Source of the DNA: an uncultured Pseudomonadota bacterium | GTDB lineage: Bacteria > SAR324 > NAC60-12 | Assembly (NCBI GenBank): GCA_913020725.1 | Contig: CAJWCD010000060.1 | Location: 1-21,150, forward strand | DNA length: 21,150 nucleotides | Direction: 5' to 3' | Shown here: in pieces, positions 16,946 to 21,150 of the stretch | How the letters are laid out: each line of letters begins with the position of its first letter | Position numbering within the stretch: the first letter of the stretch is position 1 | Translations under genes and position numbers: made by a program | Notes under the pieces: model-generated | Told to the model about the DNA's origin: nothing | What the model saw: the letters and a program-made list of their open reading frames with translations, nothing else | Database searches by the model: none

Positions 16946-17502
16946 TGCGCCCTGTCGAACGCCACGAAATCATTGATTACGCCACTTACGAGGAACAGCG
17001 CAACGCAATCCGCGAGCAGGTTCTCAAGGTCAAGGAAGCCCACCGCATTCATGTTGGCGACCACCTCACTTTTCTCTTTGAGAACGCCGAGACGGTGCGC
17101 TATCAGGTGCAGGAGATGATGCGAACAGAGAAGATTGTCAAGGAATCCGACATCCAACACGAGATCAACACTTACAACGAACTGCTGGGTGCGGAAGGAG
17201 AGTTGGGCTGCGTCCTGCTCATCGAATACACCAGCCCGGAGGAACGCGACGTGCAACTCCGCAAGCTGCTTGGCCTGCCGGAAAAGCTCTATGCGCTCTT
17301 GGAGGACGGACGGCGGATTCCCGCGAAATTCGATGATCGGCAAATTGACGACGACCGGCTCTCCTCCGTGCAGTACCTCAAGTTCAACACTGGAGGCGCA
17401 ACGCCTGTCGCGCTGGGTAGCGACCACCCAAACCTCATGCTGGAAGCTCCTCTTTCGCATGAACAACGACAAGCCCTCACAGAGGATTTGACATCTCAAT
17501 GA
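16945..17502 (+). CDS. DUF3501-family protein
   Basis: RIHVGDHLTFLFEN..TVRYQVQEMMRTE, EINTYNELL, SSVQYLKF. TAATG coupling to the upstream gene and the typical position after rubrerythrin and the Fe-S oxidoreductase. Confidence 0.85.
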   Translation: MRPVERHEIIDYATYEEQRNAIREQVLKVKEAHRIHVGDHLTFLFENAETVRYQVQEMMRTEKIVKESDIQHEINTYNELLGAEGELGCVLLIEYTSPEERDVQLRKLLGLPEKLYALLEDGRRIPAKFDDRQIDDDRLSSVQYLKFNTGGATPVALGSDHPNLMLEAPLSHEQRQALTEDLTSQ

Positions 17503-17679
17503 GCGCTCCCCTGATGTGAGCCCTACCTGAGTTTTTTCATTCTCAATGTGAACCAGCAATCTCTCATCAGGCTCAAACCACTCACCGGACATTGAGTCGC
17601 ATCTTCTTTTCCTTGCTGGCGTTTTCTGACGATTGTATGACCGAAAAGTGCGCACGGAGTCAAGGCCGTGGTTGCACTT

Positions 17680-20600
17680 TTATTCCAACTCCCCCTGAAT
17701 CTCGATAATCGCGGATTCAAGCGCGTCCAGTGTTTCCGGATTCGCGTCTTCCCAGAGCTGGCGTTCGTGGGCTTCGAGCAGACGTTGGGCGGCATCGCGC
17801 AAGGCGAGCGGGTTGTGGTCTCGGAAGAACTGCTGTTGTTCCGGATCAAGCAACAGTGTTTGAGCGATCTCCTCGTACTGGTAGTCTGCCACGATGTCGC
17901 AGGTCGCGTCGTAGCCAAAGAGGTAATCCACGGTTGCCGCCATCTCAAACGCGCCCTTGTAGCCGTGTTCGCGCATCCCGGAAATCCACTTTGGGTTGAG
18001 GACGCGGCTGCGGAAGACGCGGTTGAACTCCTCCTTGAGGGTGCGGATGCGCACTTTTTCCGGGTTTGCAGAATCGCCGTGGTAGGTGATCGGAGCTTGC
18101 CCGCGCAGTTCGGAAACGGCGGCGTGGAGTCCGCCCTGAAACTGGAAGTAATCGTCTGAGTCGAGCAAGTCGTGTTCGCGGTTGTCCTGGTTCTGGTGGA
18201 CGATCTCCACGGTGGAAAGCCGATCCCGGAGCAAGCCGATTTCCTCGGTGCTGGAGCCGTCGGCGCGGTAGGCGTGCCCACCCCACTTGAGGAAGACCTC
18301 GGTGAGGTCGCCCTTCGTTTCCCAGTTGCCTGCGTCAATCAGTGGCAACAGGCCCGTGCCGTAGCATCCGGGACCAGAACTGAAGACGCGCAACTCGGCC
18401 AACTGCTCTGCCACTTCCGGGGCATGCCCCGACTCCACCAGCCGTTGCTGATCCCGGAGCCACGCGGCCCGAATCGGGTTGAGGTCTTCCGGTTCGTCCA
18501 GTGCGGCGAGGCGTTTCGGAATGGTGGACAGCAGCCGCATCGCATCTCCAAAGGCATCCCGGAACATCCCGGAAACGCGCAAGACGACATCCACGCGGGG
18601 TCGTCCCAGCACCGAGACGGGCAGAATCTCGAAATCCACGACACGCCCGGAAATCGGTTCCCAAACCGGCTCGCAGCCCCAAAGCCAGAGCGCCTGTGCC
18701 AAATCGTCACCACCGGTGCGCATGTTCGAGGTGCCCCAGATCACCAACGCCAGCGTCTTTGGCCAGTTGCCGTGGTCAGCCTTGTAGCGTTCCAGCAGCG
18801 CGTCTGCCAGTCGCTGTCCGCATTTCCACGAAGTCTGCGTTGGAAGCACACGCGGATCGATCGAGTAGAAATTGCGTCCGGTCGGCAGCACGTCAATACG
18901 CCCCCGCGTCGGCGCTCCGGCAGGTCCGGGCGCAAGGAACTTCCCGGAGAGGCCGCCCAGCAATCGTTGTGGTTCGAGTGCGCAGCGATCCAGACGTGGA
19001 ATCAGTGTTTCGTGCAACCATTCCCGCAAAGCCTGAATCGCTTCATTGTCCGGGAACGCCCCACCAATTCGTAATTCGTAATTTGTAATTTGTAATTCTC
19101 TTGCCACCCAGTCCCGCGCCAATCCCTCCACGTGGTCACGCTTGGTGATCGACAGGGAATCGAGGTCGAAATCCGACTGCTTGCCGAGCAACGCTTGGAG
19201 CAGCCCGGGGCGTTCCACCGAGGACATTCGCAGTAGGCTGAGCAAAAAATCGAGCCGACGCTCGTGCTGCGGAACTTCGCCAAAAATGTGCAGTCCGGAG
19301 CGGATTTGGCTCTCCTTGAGTTCGCAGAGGTAGTTGCTGAGGGCGTTGAGCCAGTCGTCTTCCTCCGGAAGTTCCTCGCGCCACGGGGCTTCTTCCAGCA
19401 GATGCTCGATTTCGTGTTCCAACTCATGTGCCCGTTCCGGATACATTGTCTCGCACTGGGCGTGTTCCTCCAGCAGCCGCTCCACGCGGTCGAGGGCGTC
19501 GTAGAGTCCAGCGCGGGTGAGCGGCGGGGTGAGGTGATCCACAATCACCGCGGAGGTGCGGCGCTTGGCCTGCGTGCCCTCTCCGGGGTCGTTGACGATG
19601 AAGGGGTAGAGGTGCGGAAGCGGGCCTAGCACGCTTTGCGGAAAATCCTCCGGGCCCAGCGCGACACTGCGTCCCGGAAGCCATTCAAGGTTGCCGTGCT
19701 TACCGAAATGGATGAGCGCATGGGCCTTGAACTCCGTGCGAATCCAGTGGTAGAACGCGAAATAGTTGGGCGGTGGGGCAAGCTCTGGGTCGTGGTAGAT
19801 CGCCTGCGTCTGTAGCCCGAAGCCGCGCTGCGGCTGGATGCCGATGAAGACGTTGCCGAGGCGCATTCCGGCGACCGGAACGGTAGTGTTGGGTTTCCCG
19901 GAGTCAGCATCTTCCGACCACTGCCGCCTTAGCCGCTCCTGCGCGGAGTCGGGCAATCTGGAAAGCACCTGTCCGAGTTCCTCCGAGGAAATTCCCTGCG
20001 CGATTGGTTTGCCATAGCTTTGCTCCTCATCGTTGGTGATTCCTGCCTGAAGTTCCCGGATGAGCGCGTCACCGTCTTCTGGAATTTCACCGACATCGTA
20101 ACCGTCGGTCTGCATTCGGTGCAGAAACTTGACAACACTCGCCGGGGTGTCCAGTCCCACGCCGTTGCCAAGTCGGCTGTCGCGGTTGGGGTAGTTTGCC
20201 AGAATGATGGCAATGTGTTTCTCGGCGTTCGAGACTTTCCGGAGCTGCACCCAGTTCGCCGCAAGTTCAGCAACGAACTGAATTTGCGCGGTATCCGGTT
20301 CTACGCCTTTGGCCTGAAACTCCAGTTCCGGGTGCGTCGCCTGCGTTTCTTTGAAGCCGACTGCCGTGGTCAGCACCCGCCCGTCGGTTTCGGGCAAAGC
20401 CACCGACATCGCCACATTGGAGGGCGTGAGGCCACGCGGGTTCGCCTGCCACGCCTCACGGCTGTCCGAGGACGCCACCACCTGCAAGACCGGACAGCCG
20501 AGGGTTTCCAAAAACGAAACCCGCTCGTCGAGCCGCCCGATGGAAAAGCTCTGGAGCGTCAGCACCACGTCCGGAGGGTCAACCTCAGCGCGGCGTAGCA

Positions 20601-20874
20601 GTTCCTCCTGTGCCTCCGGCTCCCGTAGCGAGTAGGCGTAGAAGGCGGAAACTTCGAGTCCGCACGAAATCAAGGCTCCTGCCAGCGCGTCCACCACGGC
20701 AAGGTCGCCCGTCTGGTGCCAGGCGCGGTAGAAGGTGATCCAGGCGCGTCCGGGAGCAGAAGCACCACCGGAAGAGGAGCGCAAGAGGATGTCTGGTTTC
20801 AAAGTGGTCAGCCGCTGGGGGTTCTGCTTGGGAACGGGAGGTGTTTTCTTCTCCGGATTCATCACAGAGGGCAC
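17680..20874 (-). CDS. cobN: Cobaltochelatase subunit CobN, apparently lacking the usual N-terminal segment
   Basis: ALPETDGR, NYPNRDSRLGNGVGLDTPAS, HFGKHGNLEWLPG, YPFIVNDPGEGTQAKRR, LPTGRNFYS, GRPRVDV, DSDDY, NPKWISGMREHGYKGA. 1064 aa; the start is uncertain (GTG 20874 or ATG 20862). Confidence 0.92.
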   Translation of the reverse strand: MPSVMNPEKKTPPVPKQNPQRLTTLKPDILLRSSSGGASAPGRAWITFYRAWHQTGDLAVVDALAGALISCGLEVSAFYAYSLREPEAQEELLRRAEVDPPDVVLTLQSFSIGRLDERVSFLETLGCPVLQVVASSDSREAWQANPRGLTPSNVAMSVALPETDGRVLTTAVGFKETQATHPELEFQAKGVEPDTAQIQFVAELAANWVQLRKVSNAEKHIAIILANYPNRDSRLGNGVGLDTPASVVKFLHRMQTDGYDVGEIPEDGDALIRELQAGITNDEEQSYGKPIAQGISSEELGQVLSRLPDSAQERLRRQWSEDADSGKPNTTVPVAGMRLGNVFIGIQPQRGFGLQTQAIYHDPELAPPPNYFAFYHWIRTEFKAHALIHFGKHGNLEWLPGRSVALGPEDFPQSVLGPLPHLYPFIVNDPGEGTQAKRRTSAVIVDHLTPPLTRAGLYDALDRVERLLEEHAQCETMYPERAHELEHEIEHLLEEAPWREELPEEDDWLNALSNYLCELKESQIRSGLHIFGEVPQHERRLDFLLSLLRMSSVERPGLLQALLGKQSDFDLDSLSITKRDHVEGLARDWVARELQITNYELRIGGAFPDNEAIQALREWLHETLIPRLDRCALEPQRLLGGLSGKFLAPGPAGAPTRGRIDVLPTGRNFYSIDPRVLPTQTSWKCGQRLADALLERYKADHGNWPKTLALVIWGTSNMRTGGDDLAQALWLWGCEPVWEPISGRVVDFEILPVSVLGRPRVDVVLRVSGMFRDAFGDAMRLLSTIPKRLAALDEPEDLNPIRAAWLRDQQRLVESGHAPEVAEQLAELRVFSSGPGCYGTGLLPLIDAGNWETKGDLTEVFLKWGGHAYRADGSSTEEIGLLRDRLSTVEIVHQNQDNREHDLLDSDDYFQFQGGLHAAVSELRGQAPITYHGDSANPEKVRIRTLKEEFNRVFRSRVLNPKWISGMREHGYKGAFEMAATVDYLFGYDATCDIVADYQYEEIAQTLLLDPEQQQFFRDHNPLALRDAAQRLLEAHERQLWEDANPETLDALESAIIEIQGELE
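19066..19098. repeat. Heptamer tandem repeat inside cobN
   Basis: AATTCGT AATTCGT AATTTGT AATTTGT AATTC, an AT-rich patch in a GC-rich CDS, encoding ELQITNYELRI. Confidence 0.85.
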
Positions 20875-21008
20875 CGAGGTCGGCTCCCTGTGTGCTTCGC
20901 TCCGAGTAGTTTATGGGTTCCGTGATGCGGACGCGAGACTTTAAGCCGATTTCAGGACAGAAACTTCAGGTGGGGACAAGGAGCCGCCAGTGCCATGCCC
21001 GCCTCCGC

Positions 21009-21150
21009 TTACGCACCCTCCTCCAGCAAACGCCGATTTTTCTCTTTGAGCATCCCACCGACTTCATTTAGGATTAACCTTGTTGTCAGCCGATAGAGCG
21101 TGAGGGTTTCCTCAAGACCCTCATCGAGGCTGTTGACGGCAGACTGGTTG
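21009..21150 (-). pseudogene. IS256-family transposase fragment running into unrelated sequence
   Basis: The minus strand reads NQSAVNSLDEGLEETLTLYRL (21149-21087), like the SLxEGLEETLTxxRL motif of IS256 transposases. The expected TTNxIES segment does not follow, and the frame stops at 21011-21009. Confidence 0.6.

Noticed and set aside
18172..19074. 300-aa plus-strand ORF, and similar long antisense ORFs at 1986-2804 and 15965-16918
   Set aside because: Antisense shadows of cobN, trpE(G) and the Fe-S oxidoreductase.
20875..21008. Possible cobalamin riboswitch upstream of cobN
   Set aside because: I could not find the conserved B12-box elements in the right arrangement. A covariance-model search would settle it.
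1..21150. CRISPR array or rRNA
   Set aside because: No regularly spaced repeat-spacer units or rRNA-like sequence seen. The heptamer arrays have no spacers.

Overview
GC-rich bacterial chromosomal segment of mostly core metabolic genes with decayed accessory DNA in between. In order: the 3' end and right terminus of an IS66-like element that interrupts a PIN/VapC toxin gene; an RraA/HMG-aldolase family gene; tRNA-Arg(CCT) followed directly by a truncated, frameshifted DUF6883-DUF4926 pair; fused anthranilate synthase trpE(G); a frameshifted Uma2 nuclease; a partial complex I operon nuoE-F-G-J-K-L with a terminator after nuoL and a perfect 206-bp tandem duplication at the nuoG/nuoJ junction; ilvBN; an oxidative-stress divergon; and a 5'-shortened cobN next to an IS256 transposase remnant. 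The most notable hidden feature is in the divergon. A peroxiredoxin has an in-frame UGA exactly at the peroxidatic residue (PLDWTST-U, candidate selenocysteine, with a SECIS-like hairpin), and the ORF track misses it. It is followed by a CGFS glutaredoxin-like gene and is transcribed divergently from rubrerythrin, an Fe-S oxidoreductase and DUF3501. All family assignments come from motif recognition, not database searches.
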